Shown: positions 9,668-20,500 of the stretch, piece after piece
Position numbering within the stretch: the stretch's first letter is position 1
How the letters are laid out: every line of letters starts with the position of its first letter
Source of the DNA: a virus
DNA: 64,000 nt
IMG/VR virus record: IMGVR_UViG_3300044951_001887
Coordinates: 5,168 to 69,167 of that record
Direction: 5' to 3' (one strand)
Position numbers and translations under genes: made by a program
The notes under the pieces: generated by a model
The model's input: only the letters and a program-made list of their open reading frames with translations
Told to the model about the DNA's origin: nothing
Database searches by the model: none

Positions 9668-10759
9668 GTGGCATCGAAAAGAGAGAAGGGCCGAGGTTGG
9701 GAATTTACGGTCAAGCGGGCGGGCTTGTTGGAGAAGCCGCTGATCTTGACGTTCGCTACTGAGGCTGAAGGTGATCTGTTTTGCAAAAACTTGGAATCGT
9801 TGCTTGATCGCGGCATTGTGCCGACCGAGTATCGACCCAAGACCCGCGTTGTTTCGTTCGGCGATTTATCTGGGCAGTATTTGCGAGACGCGCAGGTATC
9901 AACAAACGACCGGGAGATTCTGCGCAGCCTGTCAGAAATAGCCAACACGCCGCTTTTGGCGATCAACGTCGAATGGGTAGACGCACAGGTTCAGCGAATG
10001 AAGCGCGAACTACATTACCGACCAGCAACGATTCGAAAGAAGATCGGGGCAATGGCCCGGTGCTGTGACTGGGGCATTCGACGCAAGTTACTCATTCTGC
10101 CAGACGCCCCATTTCGAACGCTGCCAGAAGGTTATGCGGCATACACCGAGACGGATGCTGCTTTGGCTGGCGGGGCGAAGTCGGACACGGAGCGCGACCG
10201 TCGCCTGGAGTCTGGGGAAGAGTTGGAGATTCGCAAAGTGTTGGAGCGCGGGGTTCTGTCAAGAAAGCAAAGAGAGTTCACCATTCCCAACCGTCAGGAC
10301 ATTGTTGCGCTATTTGAAGTGCTGCTTGAGACCGCCATGCGTTTGCGCGAGGCGTACACGCTGACGTCCGATCAAATCGACTTCAAAAGACAAACGATCA
10401 ATCTGGACAAGACTAAAAATGGAGACAAGCGACAGGTGCCGATGTCCTCTATTGCCGTCAAGGTGCTGCGACCGTATTCCAAAAAAGATGGGTACATATT
10501 CCCGTGGCTAGAAGAGCAGGGCGGCAACCTGAAGCTGACGACGAATTATCTCAGCAAGATGTTTGCCCAAGTCTTTGCCGACGCCGGTTGTCCGGATTTG
10601 CACACGCATGACTTGCGGCATGAGGCGACGAGTCGCCTATTTGAACGCACAGACTTTAAGGCGGAAGAGATTATGAAATGCACCGGACACAAGTCGCATC
10701 GGATGGTGATGCGCTATCTGAATCTACGCGGTTCCAATCTCGCCGCTAGACTCTGGTAG
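9668..10759 (+). CDS. int: Tyrosine recombinase/integrase
   Basis: TAMRLRE, TKNG, HDLRHEA, GH, RY catalytic residues; probable GTG start at 9668. Confidence 0.95.
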   Translation: MASKREKGRGWEFTVKRAGLLEKPLILTFATEAEGDLFCKNLESLLDRGIVPTEYRPKTRVVSFGDLSGQYLRDAQVSTNDREILRSLSEIANTPLLAINVEWVDAQVQRMKRELHYRPATIRKKIGAMARCCDWGIRRKLLILPDAPFRTLPEGYAAYTETDAALAGGAKSDTERDRRLESGEELEIRKVLERGVLSRKQREFTIPNRQDIVALFEVLLETAMRLREAYTLTSDQIDFKRQTINLDKTKNGDKRQVPMSSIAVKVLRPYSKKDGYIFPWLEEQGGNLKLTTNYLSKMFAQVFADAGCPDLHTHDLRHEATSRLFERTDFKAEEIMKCTGHKSHRMVMRYLNLRGSNLAARLW

Positions 10760-10955
10760 TTCGCCCGATCCCCATTCGTGCGGCGGTCTGCTTCACGATC
10801 TGCGACGTGGCGTAACCAATCACATCGCACTCCAACATAACGTAAGCCCTGCCGATTTTTGCGGCGGGGATGTCGCCAGAATGAATCAGCTTGGCGACCG
10901 TGTTGACGTGGACGCACAAAAGCTCGGATGCGCGAAGAATATCCACGGTACTCAT
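10746..10955 (-). CDS. Excisionase-like HTH DNA-binding protein
   Basis: ASELLCVHVNTVAKLIHSGDIPAAKIGR; convergent with int. Confidence 0.8.
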   Translation of the reverse strand: MSTVDILRASELLCVHVNTVAKLIHSGDIPAAKIGRAYVMLECDVIGYATSQIVKQTAARMGIGRTTRV

Positions 10956-11067
10956 GTTGAGGCGGGCTTTGTGGTTGATGTCATGGTTGTCCGATAAGTC
11001 ACAGATGAGTAATGATGGTATCGGCACATTCAGATAAAAGCAAGTCACCAATGACATATCTACAGAC

Positions 11068-11096
11068 GAAAAAAAAGCCTCACTAGGAGGCTTTGG
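11068..11096 (-). terminator. Rho-independent terminator of the repressor gene
   Basis: AAAGCCTC-actag-GAGGCTTT hairpin with an A-run, which is the U tract on the - strand. Confidence 0.75.
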
Positions 11097-11114
11097 TTAT
11101 GTGGTGTCGGGTGG

Positions 11115-11537
11115 TTAATTGGTGGCGTTGTCAGGCTTCAGCGTGTTGACAGCGTCAACTATTCGCTGCCGCTCATCATCGGTGCGAAGTCGTGGATTGG
11201 TGACGTCTGCGCCACGAATAGCCTCAATGATTTCAATTTCGTTCAAGGTCAGCACCGGCTGGTTGAACATCTTCTGAATCTCATTCCAGGTGTCCGGTTG
11301 GTACTCCTGCATACACATTTTGAAGAAGTGAATGGGGTCAATCTCCAACGCCTTCGCTAGAGGCCCGATCTTTTCCATCGGAATCTTGGTGTCGCCCTTC
11401 TTGAACATCGTGATGATGTTCGGCTTGGCGAAACCAGCCTCTAGTGCGATTTGACGTTGCGGTTTGCCGCATAGATCGATTTGCCAATCGACATACTCAG
11501 CAACGGTTTTAACTTTTTGGCGAAAACTTGCGCTCAT
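11115..11537 (-). CDS. XRE-family HTH repressor
   Basis: QRQIALEAGFAKPNIITMFKKGDTKIP..KIGPLAKALEID; AAGGAG RBS; divergent orientation. Confidence 0.8.
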   Translation of the reverse strand: MSASFRQKVKTVAEYVDWQIDLCGKPQRQIALEAGFAKPNIITMFKKGDTKIPMEKIGPLAKALEIDPIHFFKMCMQEYQPDTWNEIQKMFNQPVLTLNEIEIIEAIRGADVTNPRLRTDDERQRIVDAVNTLKPDNATN

Positions 11538-11829
11538 GGTTACTCTCCTTTGTTTCGAGTAGATTGTGTACAACACAATCATGACAGTTTGCCTATCTGC
11601 TGCCCTTGCGTCAGCTCTGAAAATAAGTATAGCGCAAAGTCACTAATGCGTTACTTTTTTAAAAAACGCTGTTGGCTTTTTCGATCGCCATCTATTACTA
11701 AAGATATATGAGGATGTTGAAGTATTATTTGGATCGACAAAAAAACCCTATCGTCGGTAAGTCAAAGGTGACTATACTTGTAGTGGTTTCTTGACGTTCA
11801 TCGTTTTATTTACTACAAGGAGAAAGTAA

Positions 11830-12012
11830 ATGTCCGCTGGTTTGTCTTCTAAGTCAGTCACCTTTGAGGAGGGCGCTGACATACTCGAAAAGTCTGTCGT
11901 TGGGGGTCGCTTGGATTTGGGGCACTCGCTTGTTTATGATTTGCTGCATCCCGTTCTCGGAAGCATTGTACTGTTTTCGTCAACTATTGGCAAAAGCGTT
12001 GTCGTTTCGTAG
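11830..12012 (+). CDS. Small hypothetical protein
   Basis: AAGGAG RBS; 60 aa. Confidence 0.5.
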   Translation: MSAGLSSKSVTFEEGADILEKSVVGGRLDLGHSLVYDLLHPVLGSIVLFSSTIGKSVVVS

Positions 12013-12108
12013 TTGAGTACGTCAGGCGGTGTGATTAAGTCGTTGCGCTTCCTGATTCTTTTTTTTATGATAGCTCATCAGTCAATTGTGACTTACAAGG
12101 AGAGCTAA

Positions 12109-14052
12109 ATGAACGAACGTGTATTTCTGTTGCGTGAGGCGGTTGTAACCATCACGCAGATGCTTGCCGGTAAAGAAATTGATGTGACGCAGCGCGGAAT
12201 CAGCGCCTACGTCAAGTGCGATGCCGTTGGTAAGCCCATACAAGTCAACCTGCCTTACTTGCCCGACAACGCCACAGACGAACTCTGTGTCGCGATTCAG
12301 GGTTTTTTGGACCACGAAGTTGCGCATATCCTGTTCAGCGATTTCACGCTGATTCAAGTCGCAGCGAAAGCTGGCGCTCAGCAAATGCTGAACATTCTGG
12401 AAGACGCCAGAATCGAAAAGCGCATGGCTCATCGCTTCGCGGGCAGCGGCAGCAACTTGTCGTCAACCGGAAAATTCTTTCTTGATAATTACGTCATTCC
12501 CAAAATTAAAGAGGCGGGCAGCGACACCAACAGGGTTGTTGCGTTGCTGATGGTTCCGCTAATCCGCGCAATGTCGGGCCAGACGATTTTTCAAGAGTTC
12601 ATGCGGGATAAGGCCAGTCTGATGAAACCGGTGACGGACAAGATTGCTGACCTGGCACCGAAGATGGAAGCCGCCGCATCGACTCAAGCTTGTCTGGACT
12701 TGGCACTCGAAGTGAATAAGCGTCTTCGCTCAAAAGAGACACCGGACGAAGGTGAAGAAGGCGACTCTCCGTCCACGAGAGCGAAAAAAGCACCCAAGTC
12801 CAAGCCAGCTTCGGAGAAAGCCGAAGAGAAAGAAGAGGAAGAGAAAGAAGAGGAAGAGAAAGAAGAGAAAGAAGAGAAGGGCGGCGAAGATGAAGATGAA
12901 GGCGAAGGCGAAGAGAAAGAGAAGGCCGAAGAGGAAGACGAAGAAGGCGAAGAGGAAGGTGAAGGCGAAGAGGAAGGTGAAGGCGAAGGCGAAGGTGACT
13001 CGCCGGGCGGCTCTGAACTTGAAGAATCTGATCCTGAAGATTCGGAATCGAAAACGGGCATTTCGTCGGCGATGATGGACGAAATCGACAAAGAAACGGC
13101 GAACGGGTATGACGAATCCATCAGCACCATCATTAGTGACGGCGCTACAGAGGCGGCAAAGAATTCGAAGTATCTGGTTTTTACGAAAGAAGGCGACAAG
13201 GTTGAAAGCTTGCACGTTGGGCGAGCTTACGATCCGGAGATGGCGGTAAGTCTTTCCAGCGCCGTTGATCACATGGTTGGCCCATTGCAGAAAGACCTTG
13301 AGCGAGCCATCGCCGCTCGTTCGTTGTCGTCATGGGAATCTGGCCGAAAGTCTGGTCGGTTGCATCCGGCCAACTTGTCTCGACTTGCCGTTGGCGATGC
13401 GCGAGTGTTTCGCAAGCGTCACGAATCCACCAGCAAAGATGTGGCGGTCGAGTTGGTGATTGACGCCAGCGGTTCGATGCAAGGTTCGAAAATTCATCTG
13501 GCTACGCAGGCTGCGTATGCACTTTCTCAAGTGCTTGAGCGTATCGGCATCGCACATGAGGTTATTTGTTTTACGACAGGCCCGTCAGCCGCCGGCGATT
13601 CGGAGCTTGCTGCTGAATCCAAGAAGATCGGTCGTCAGTTTTCCAGAGTGGAGAGTTTGTATATGCCGATTCTGAAAGGCTACAGCGAAAGGTTGAAAAC
13701 GGAAGTCCGCTCTCGGTTTGGTTGGCTTCCCCACTCAAACATTCTGCGGAACAACGTTGATGGCGAGTGTATTGAGATTGCGGCGCGTCGTCTTTTGGCT
13801 CGTCGCGAGAGCGGCAAAGTCATGATCGTTCTGTCTGATGGTTCACCTAACGCCGCCGGCGATGGCGGTTCGTTGTCGCCGCATTTGGTGAAGGTAGTGA
13901 AGGACATCACGAAGGCTGGAGTCAATGTTGTCGGTATCGGAATCGAATCGTCCGCCGTTCAGAGGTTCTATCCAAAGAATATCGTCATCAATAACGTGAG
14001 TGAGCTGCCGAACAGAGTAATCAAGGAATTGCGTCATCTGCTGGTCGGTTAA
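12109..14052 (+). CDS. CobT-like VWA-domain protein with an acidic linker
   Basis: DHEVAH and LEDARIE in the N-terminal domain, E/G-rich linker, MIDAS DASGS, LSDG. Confidence 0.85.
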   Translation: MNERVFLLREAVVTITQMLAGKEIDVTQRGISAYVKCDAVGKPIQVNLPYLPDNATDELCVAIQGFLDHEVAHILFSDFTLIQVAAKAGAQQMLNILEDARIEKRMAHRFAGSGSNLSSTGKFFLDNYVIPKIKEAGSDTNRVVALLMVPLIRAMSGQTIFQEFMRDKASLMKPVTDKIADLAPKMEAAASTQACLDLALEVNKRLRSKETPDEGEEGDSPSTRAKKAPKSKPASEKAEEKEEEEKEEEEKEEKEEKGGEDEDEGEGEEKEKAEEEDEEGEEEGEGEEEGEGEGEGDSPGGSELEESDPEDSESKTGISSAMMDEIDKETANGYDESISTIISDGATEAAKNSKYLVFTKEGDKVESLHVGRAYDPEMAVSLSSAVDHMVGPLQKDLERAIAARSLSSWESGRKSGRLHPANLSRLAVGDARVFRKRHESTSKDVAVELVIDASGSMQGSKIHLATQAAYALSQVLERIGIAHEVICFTTGPSAAGDSELAAESKKIGRQFSRVESLYMPILKGYSERLKTEVRSRFGWLPHSNILRNNVDGECIEIAARRLLARRESGKVMIVLSDGSPNAAGDGGSLSPHLVKVVKDITKAGVNVVGIGIESSAVQRFYPKNIVINNVSELPNRVIKELRHLLVG

Positions 14053-14157
14053 GGCGGTATAAAAATAAGTCATAAGTGACTACTCATTCCTGACTGACAT
14101 CTGTAATATCTGTTCTGTCGCAGCAAGTGTGCTGCATTGATCATCAAGGAGATTCAA

Positions 14158-15342
14158 ATGAGCGACAAAATCACCTGTAAGCTTTGTGGCGCAATGGTTC
14201 ACTCCATTCAGGTACACCTGAAGAGCAACCATCCAGAAGAGACAATCGAAGGCTACATTCGACAGTTCGGCGAAGATGTGCCTTTGATGTCTGACATGGC
14301 GTTGCAAAAGCTTGCCGAGCGTCGCGCTGCAAAAGAAGCCGAGTCAAGTCAGAAGATCGAAATGTCCGGTACGAAAGATGAGATTTCCACTTCTAGCGTC
14401 ATCCCCCAGGATGCGGTCGTCAAGAAGGCGTTTCATGAAGTCTTCAATCTTGGCAACGGCAAAGCAGCCAAGTCCGCTAAGGGTGAGGCGATTCCAATCT
14501 CTGTCGTAGCAAATCCCGCCATGCCCGACATGGTGCCGACCCTGTCCAATGATTACGTTTATGACATCGATGAACTCAAGAACGTCATTCTGGCGCTGGA
14601 GTTGAACATCCCCTGTTACGTTTGGGGCCACAAGGGTTCGGGCAAGTCTGAGTTGTTGGAGCAGATCGCCGCTCGTACCGGTCGCCCCTACATGCGGGTT
14701 CAACATACGGTCAACACTGAAGAGAGCCATATCGTTGGTCAGTGGACTGTTCGTGATGGTCAGACCGTATTCGAGCTTGGCCCACTTCCGTTAGCGATGA
14801 TTAACGGCTGGATGTACTGCGCCGACGAATACGATTTTTCACTGCCGAGCGTTCTGTCCGTCTATCAAGCGGTATTGGAGGGTAAGTCACTGGTGATTAA
14901 AGAGGCTGACGCCGCTAATCGCATCATCAAACCGTCTCCAAACTTTCGCTTTTGTGGAACGGGGAACACGAACGGCAGTGGCGATGAGACGGGTCTGTAT
15001 CAGGGAACGTCAATTCAGAATGCCGCAAACTTCGACCGTTTTGGCGTCGTGATTCACAAGCAGTATATGAAGAAAGCGGCAGAGTCTCAGATCCTCGTGA
15101 ACCGTGTCGGTTTGGTCAAAGAAGATGCGGACAAGATGGTCGATTTCGCCGGGCTGGTTCGCGAGGCGTATGACGGTGCAAAGATCAGTGATGTGATTTC
15201 GCCGCGAACCCTTATCTTCGCCGCAAAGATCGGCGTCAAGCGTGGCAGTTTCCGTCAGGGCATCGTGCTGTCATTCATCAACAAGCTTTCGAAGGTGGAC
15301 CGCGAAATTGTCGACGGCTTGGCTCAAAGGGTCTTTGGCTAG
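14158..15342 (+). CDS. CobS/MoxR-like AAA+ ATPase
   Basis: N-terminal CxxC..H..H, GHKGSGKS, ADEYD, NFDRF, SPR. Confidence 0.88.
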   Translation: MSDKITCKLCGAMVHSIQVHLKSNHPEETIEGYIRQFGEDVPLMSDMALQKLAERRAAKEAESSQKIEMSGTKDEISTSSVIPQDAVVKKAFHEVFNLGNGKAAKSAKGEAIPISVVANPAMPDMVPTLSNDYVYDIDELKNVILALELNIPCYVWGHKGSGKSELLEQIAARTGRPYMRVQHTVNTEESHIVGQWTVRDGQTVFELGPLPLAMINGWMYCADEYDFSLPSVLSVYQAVLEGKSLVIKEADAANRIIKPSPNFRFCGTGNTNGSGDETGLYQGTSIQNAANFDRFGVVIHKQYMKKAAESQILVNRVGLVKEDADKMVDFAGLVREAYDGAKISDVISPRTLIFAAKIGVKRGSFRQGIVLSFINKLSKVDREIVDGLAQRVFG

Positions 15343-15395
15343 TCAGTAGTGACTTATGCTATAATCTAGCACAGCGCAAATCACTTGGAGCCAAC

Positions 15396-16247
15396 ATGAG
15401 CCTTAAAGATTCTGGAATTTACTGCATCACGCATATCGCCTCTCAACGACGTTACGTTGGGAGTGCGGAAAACTTGGAGAGACGCTTCAAAAAACACCTA
15501 ACGCAACTTCGTAGAGGCGCCCATCACTCCTACAAGCTGCAAGAGGCTTGGGATAAGTTTGGAGAAGGGGCATTCGAAATGACTGTTGTTATCAGGTGTC
15601 CGGTCGAGAAGTTGATGGATCTGGAACAAAAGGTCATTGATAGGTTCGGTGCTGCGATTTCTGGATACAACGTGGCGAGCTTCGCAGATTCTCCAAACAA
15701 AGGAAAACATCACTCTGAAGAGTCGCTGGCGAAAATGCGGGAGTCACACAAAAAACGCAAGCCAATCTCGGAAGAAACCAGACAGCGGTTGCGTGACGCG
15801 GCGGCTGAACGCGAGCGCATGAAAAAAGAAAGTGGATTTCGCGTTTCGGACGAAACGAGAGAAAAGCTCGCCGCTGCCGCGACCGGTCGTGAAGTTTCCG
15901 AAGAGACTCGGAAGAAGATTGCTGCGGCCAACTCAGGCAAGCCTTTATCTGAAGAACATCGCCGAAAGCTGTCGGACGCTCAAAGGGCGAGAGAGAAAAA
16001 CTCAGAAGCGGAAGTCGCCGGTCGCATTACCGCCGCTTTGAAAAATAAAGGAAAAGAGCGATCTGCCGAGTTCAAGGCGCTGATGTCAAGCTTGGCAAGC
16101 AACAGGTCTGAAGAACATCAGGCAAAGCTGACGGCTGCGCTTATTGGCAAGTCGCCTTCGGAAGAGTCGAGGGCAAAAATGTCAGCCTCAAGACGTGCTT
16201 ATTGTGAGGCGAAAGCCGTCGCAGACTTATGTTTGGAGGGCAAATAA
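15396..16247 (+). CDS. GIY-YIG homing endonuclease with NUMOD3 repeats
   Basis: SGIYCI..YVGSA..RF..H; repeated SEETR/SEEHR motifs. Confidence 0.92.
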   Translation: MSLKDSGIYCITHIASQRRYVGSAENLERRFKKHLTQLRRGAHHSYKLQEAWDKFGEGAFEMTVVIRCPVEKLMDLEQKVIDRFGAAISGYNVASFADSPNKGKHHSEESLAKMRESHKKRKPISEETRQRLRDAAAERERMKKESGFRVSDETREKLAAAATGREVSEETRKKIAAANSGKPLSEEHRRKLSDAQRAREKNSEAEVAGRITAALKNKGKERSAEFKALMSSLASNRSEEHQAKLTAALIGKSPSEESRAKMSASRRAYCEAKAVADLCLEGK

Positions 16248-16900
16248 TGGAGCGACAGGGCTTAGACCGCTACTACGCGGATAACGTTGGGCTGATTCAC
16301 TCGGTTGCCCGAAAGGGCTTCCGAAGACTTCAAGCGATTGGCGCGATAACGGATTACGACGATCTGGTTCAGGAGTTGGCCGTCACTTTCATCAAGTCCT
16401 ATGATCTTTTTGATGAAAGCAAAGGCGCTTTTTCCACGTACTTTGTTCGATCCGCCTTCAACAAGGTGAACCGTATCGCCGAAGCGCATGAGATTGAGCG
16501 CTTGGAACTTCGCATTCGCTCGGTTGAGGAAATGTCCTCATGGCAAGAAGACGGTGAGATGTCTGTCGAAGAAACCATCGCCGGAAACGAGCCGACGCCG
16601 GCGCAGCACTATGAGGCGAAAAATGTGCGCTTGGGGATTCTCGATGCGCTGTCGCCTGTAGCTGAAATGATTGTCGAGATGGCGATCGATCCACCTGACT
16701 TTATCGAGCGGGAGTTTGCCGCACAGGTCGCTCACGCCGAGTTTGCAAGAAGCAATGGCGTTGAAAAACGTTCGCGTGGCTCGCTCAACGTGGCGTTCGT
16801 TTGTTCCGTTTTGGAGCGCACCACCGAACTGTCGTCTTCAATTTTGAGAGCGGCAAAGTTGGAAGTTCTTTCTGCTGCCGAGAGGTTAAAAAATGATTGA
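16247..16900 (+). CDS. Phage sigma-70-like factor (region 2-like)
   Basis: LIHSVARK..YDDLVQE...FD.SKG.FSTY. Confidence 0.7.
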   Translation: MERQGLDRYYADNVGLIHSVARKGFRRLQAIGAITDYDDLVQELAVTFIKSYDLFDESKGAFSTYFVRSAFNKVNRIAEAHEIERLELRIRSVEEMSSWQEDGEMSVEETIAGNEPTPAQHYEAKNVRLGILDALSPVAEMIVEMAIDPPDFIEREFAAQVAHAEFARSNGVEKRSRGSLNVAFVCSVLERTTELSSSILRAAKLEVLSAAERLKND

Positions 16901-17546
16901 TGCTCCGTTCGATGCGCCGGCGTGTTTTGCTGCCGCCAGCGTATTTAGCCACGACTCTGATATTTGCAAGATGTGTTCGGCGTTTGAAGGTTGTGCGGCG
17001 GCTTCCGTCGTCACGCTTGAGACGATAAAGGGCATTGTGAATGTGGAGGATCTTCTGAAAAGACACACTAAGGCGAAGAAGATCGCTCGGGTAACGGTCG
17101 CGGCGAAAGACAAGCTAGAAGCTGAAACGCGACCGCCAGGCGCAAACCTAAGACCTTTGATGCTGCCGGTTGAGCGCCAAACGAAAGTGATTCAAGTGAA
17201 ATTCGAATTGACGGAAGAAGAGCGATTGATTGTTGAGAAGCTGCCAGTCAAGTTAGTCAAGTTGGCGCCGAGTCTGATCGAACATGGTTTGATTGATCGC
17301 ATGAAAAAAGACATACCCGAAGGGCGCAACACGTTCGCTACACGAGGTCCGCAATGGTTACGGGTAGCACTGACAGCGCTGCTCGCTGGAGGCTTCACTA
17401 AACCGTCTCTACGCGACTCTATGATGTCCGAGTTCACCTGGACGAGCGGAACGGCGGCATCGCACGTCAGCATGGTTTGTTCCATCTTCACAGCGTTTGG
17501 AATCACAAAAATTGTCGATGGGAAGATGGTTCCTGCGACCGCTTGA
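16893..17546 (+). CDS. Hypothetical protein, N-terminal Cys cluster
   Basis: C..CxxC..C; 217 aa. Confidence 0.6.
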   Translation: MIDAPFDAPACFAAASVFSHDSDICKMCSAFEGCAAASVVTLETIKGIVNVEDLLKRHTKAKKIARVTVAAKDKLEAETRPPGANLRPLMLPVERQTKVIQVKFELTEEERLIVEKLPVKLVKLAPSLIEHGLIDRMKKDIPEGRNTFATRGPQWLRVALTALLAGGFTKPSLRDSMMSEFTWTSGTAASHVSMVCSIFTAFGITKIVDGKMVPATA

Positions 17547-17580
17547 TACAATACAGATCAGTCATTAGTGAAGGATAAAA

Positions 17581-20500
17581 ATGAGTTTAAGACACGCGCA
17601 TATCAGAAGTGATTTTTCGATTGGAAAGTCGCTTCTTCAGATTGACCACGCCATTGAAAGGGCGAAGGAGCTTGGTTACGAGTCCGTAACCCTGTGCGAC
17701 GAAATGAGTCTGCACGGCATGGTCGACTTCTCCAACAAGGCCAAGAAAGCGGGAATCAAACCGATCATTGGCTGCAATTTGCGCGTCTACGATGATCCGA
17801 CGTACCGCAAACCGCCAAAGAGTTCGGGTGATAAAGAAAAGCCGAATCTTTCCTATCAGATCAAGGTTTACGCGATGGATGAGCGCGGGATCAAGTCACT
17901 ACTGAAGTTATTGTCGAAGGCGTATTCGGCTGAATATTTCTACTATCACGCCAGATGCGGACTTGACGACGTAATGGCGTTGGAGGGCATCGCGGTATCC
18001 ACCGGCGACTTCTATAACGTATTCATTCATCCGAACCATGATGCAATCGTCGCAACGCTTCATGCCAAATTTGCGACATTCGTTGAGCTTGTCCCTATCG
18101 ATACGCCGCTGTTCGACACGCTGAACGGCAAGGCGCTAGAGACAATCGCTAAAGGAAACTATCCAGCGCTGGTCACTTACCCGACGCTCTATAAAGACAT
18201 CGGCGACGGCCCAACGCTGGACGTTCTCGGGTGCATCACGACGAACACTCAGATGGATGTGTCGTATCGACCCAAGCAATTCGTGCAGGACTTTGCGTTC
18301 TTGGAGCCAAATATTCTTCTTGATCATGTCAAGAAGGCATCAAAGCGCGTTCATCAGTGGGGTTGTTTGCCAGTTACGTCAAACAGACCGGCGGTATGGG
18401 CCAACGGTCTGAAGAATATCGAAACGCTTGCCACTATTTGTACTTACGAATTCAAGAAGCAAGACGTTTGCCTGCCGAAGATGGCGGACAACGAGTTTGT
18501 AACGCTTGGCAAGAAGTGCATTGAAGGTTGGCTCAAGCGGTTCTCGTCGTCTGTGATGGGTCATAAACCTTCGCCTCACGAACTTCAAACGCTATACAAG
18601 CCGCGTCTTGAGTTTGAGCTTGGCGTTCTGAAGAAGATGGGATTCTCTGGCTACTTTTTGCTAGTCGAGGATCTTGTGATGTGGTCGAAGAGTAACGAAA
18701 TCATCGTCGGCCCCGGTCGCGGTTCCGTCGGCGGTAGTTTGGTTGCTTATTTATTAGGCATAACCGACGTTGATCCGATCCGCTTCAAGCTACTTTTCGA
18801 GCGCTTCATCAATCCAGATCGACTTGACTTGCCCGACGCCGACTTGGACTTCATGTCTTCGAAGCGGCATCTGGTCATCGAATATCTGACCAACAAATAC
18901 GGCAAGGAGTACGTCGCGGGCATTTCAAACTACTCCACGATGGCGTCGGCTTCTGCCCTGCGTGACGCTGGACGAATGTACGGACTGAGTGGTTTGGACT
19001 TGATGGCGACGAAGCTAGTGCCAAAAGAACACGGTCAATCATTCACGCTGACCGAGTCGGCAAAAGCGGTATCTGAAATCGAGCAGTTCAAAAACGATCA
19101 CCCTGAAGTTTGGATACACGCGCTGAAGCTGGAAGGGGCTATGCGCTCTTTCGGTCAACACGCTGCCGGCTTGATTGTTGCGGGTGAGCCGCTAGTGGAG
19201 CGTGCAGTGGTTGAGACGCGCGGCGAATCGCCGGTTGTAAATTGGGACAAGCGCGTCGTGGAAGATTGGGGTCTGATCAAGATGGACTTGCTGGGCCTGT
19301 CGACGCTGGACGTTCTCGAAATCGCCAAGCGATACATCAAAGAGCGGCATGGCGTGACGGTCGATTATCTGAAGTTGCCCATTGAAGAGGCTGATGTGAT
19401 GGCTGCTTTCGGTAGAGGCGACACGACGGGCGTTTTTCAGTTCGAATCGGGCGGCATGAAGGGTTTGCTACGCAACCTGGCGAAAGAATCGCCATTGACG
19501 TTCGAAGACATTACCGCCGCGACCGCGCTGTATCGTCCTGGTCCGATGGACTCGGGCCTGATGACTGACTTTATCGCGATCAAGCAAGGGTTGAAGTCCG
19601 TCTATTACGACCATCCCAACATGGAGAACGCGCTGAAGGATACCTACGGCGTCATCGTCTATCAGGAACAGGTCATGCAGGTTGCCGTCGATCTGGCGGG
19701 CTTCACGCGGGCTGAAGCTGACCATCTTCGGAAGGCGATGGGCAAGAAGGATAAAGACAAGATGGCCGAAATGCGTCAGAAGTGGGTTGACGGATGCGGT
19801 TCAAAGTCGGGCATGAATGAAGAGCGGGCTGGACTGCTATTCGACAAGATTGAAGCGTTCGCGGGATACGGATTCAACCGCAGCCACGCCGTCGAATATT
19901 CGATTATTTCTGTTTGGACAATGTGGGTCAGATGTCGCTATCCCGCCGAGTATTTCGCGGCGTGCATGAGCATCGTCAAAGAAGACAAGCTGCCGGGTCT
20001 GGTAATGGATGCTCGCGAGTACGGTATCGAGGTCATGCCGCCCGACATCAACGTGTCCTGTGACCGGTTCACGATTCCAGACGACAAGCACATTCTGGCG
20101 CCGTTCTCTTCGGTAATGGGTATCTCAGAATCGACAGCAAGGCGCATTGTCGAGCTTCGCGAGAAGAACCGAGACTGGAAGGTCATCAAGACCAAGAACA
20201 AGCGGGACGGCACCACAGAAGACATTTGGGGGCTAGATGAAGAGTCGCCAGTCAAGGGTCGCTTCGATTCGTTTGATGAGTTCACGCGGGTCGCCGCAGA
20301 ACCGAAGTCCAAGGTCAATTCGCGAGTGGTGGACAACCTGAATTTGGTGGGCGCTTTCGCGAACATCGAACCCGGCTCCAAACCGGCGCGTCACCTTGAC
20401 CGTCGCAAAGTCCAAACTCAATTGATGCCGGGATTGATCATCGATTCGGTGAAGGCAGATAGAACGACGGACGTAGCGGACAAGTTTCTTCGAACCAAGA

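Noticed and set aside
12684-13272. Ser-, Phe- and Lys-rich ORFs
   Set aside because: They are shadow frames of the acidic linker of the CobT-like gene
12109-15342. Cobalamin biosynthesis (cobST) genes
   Set aside because: No cobN or other cob genes are present; phage CobS/CobT-like pairs are generic AAA+/VWA chaperones
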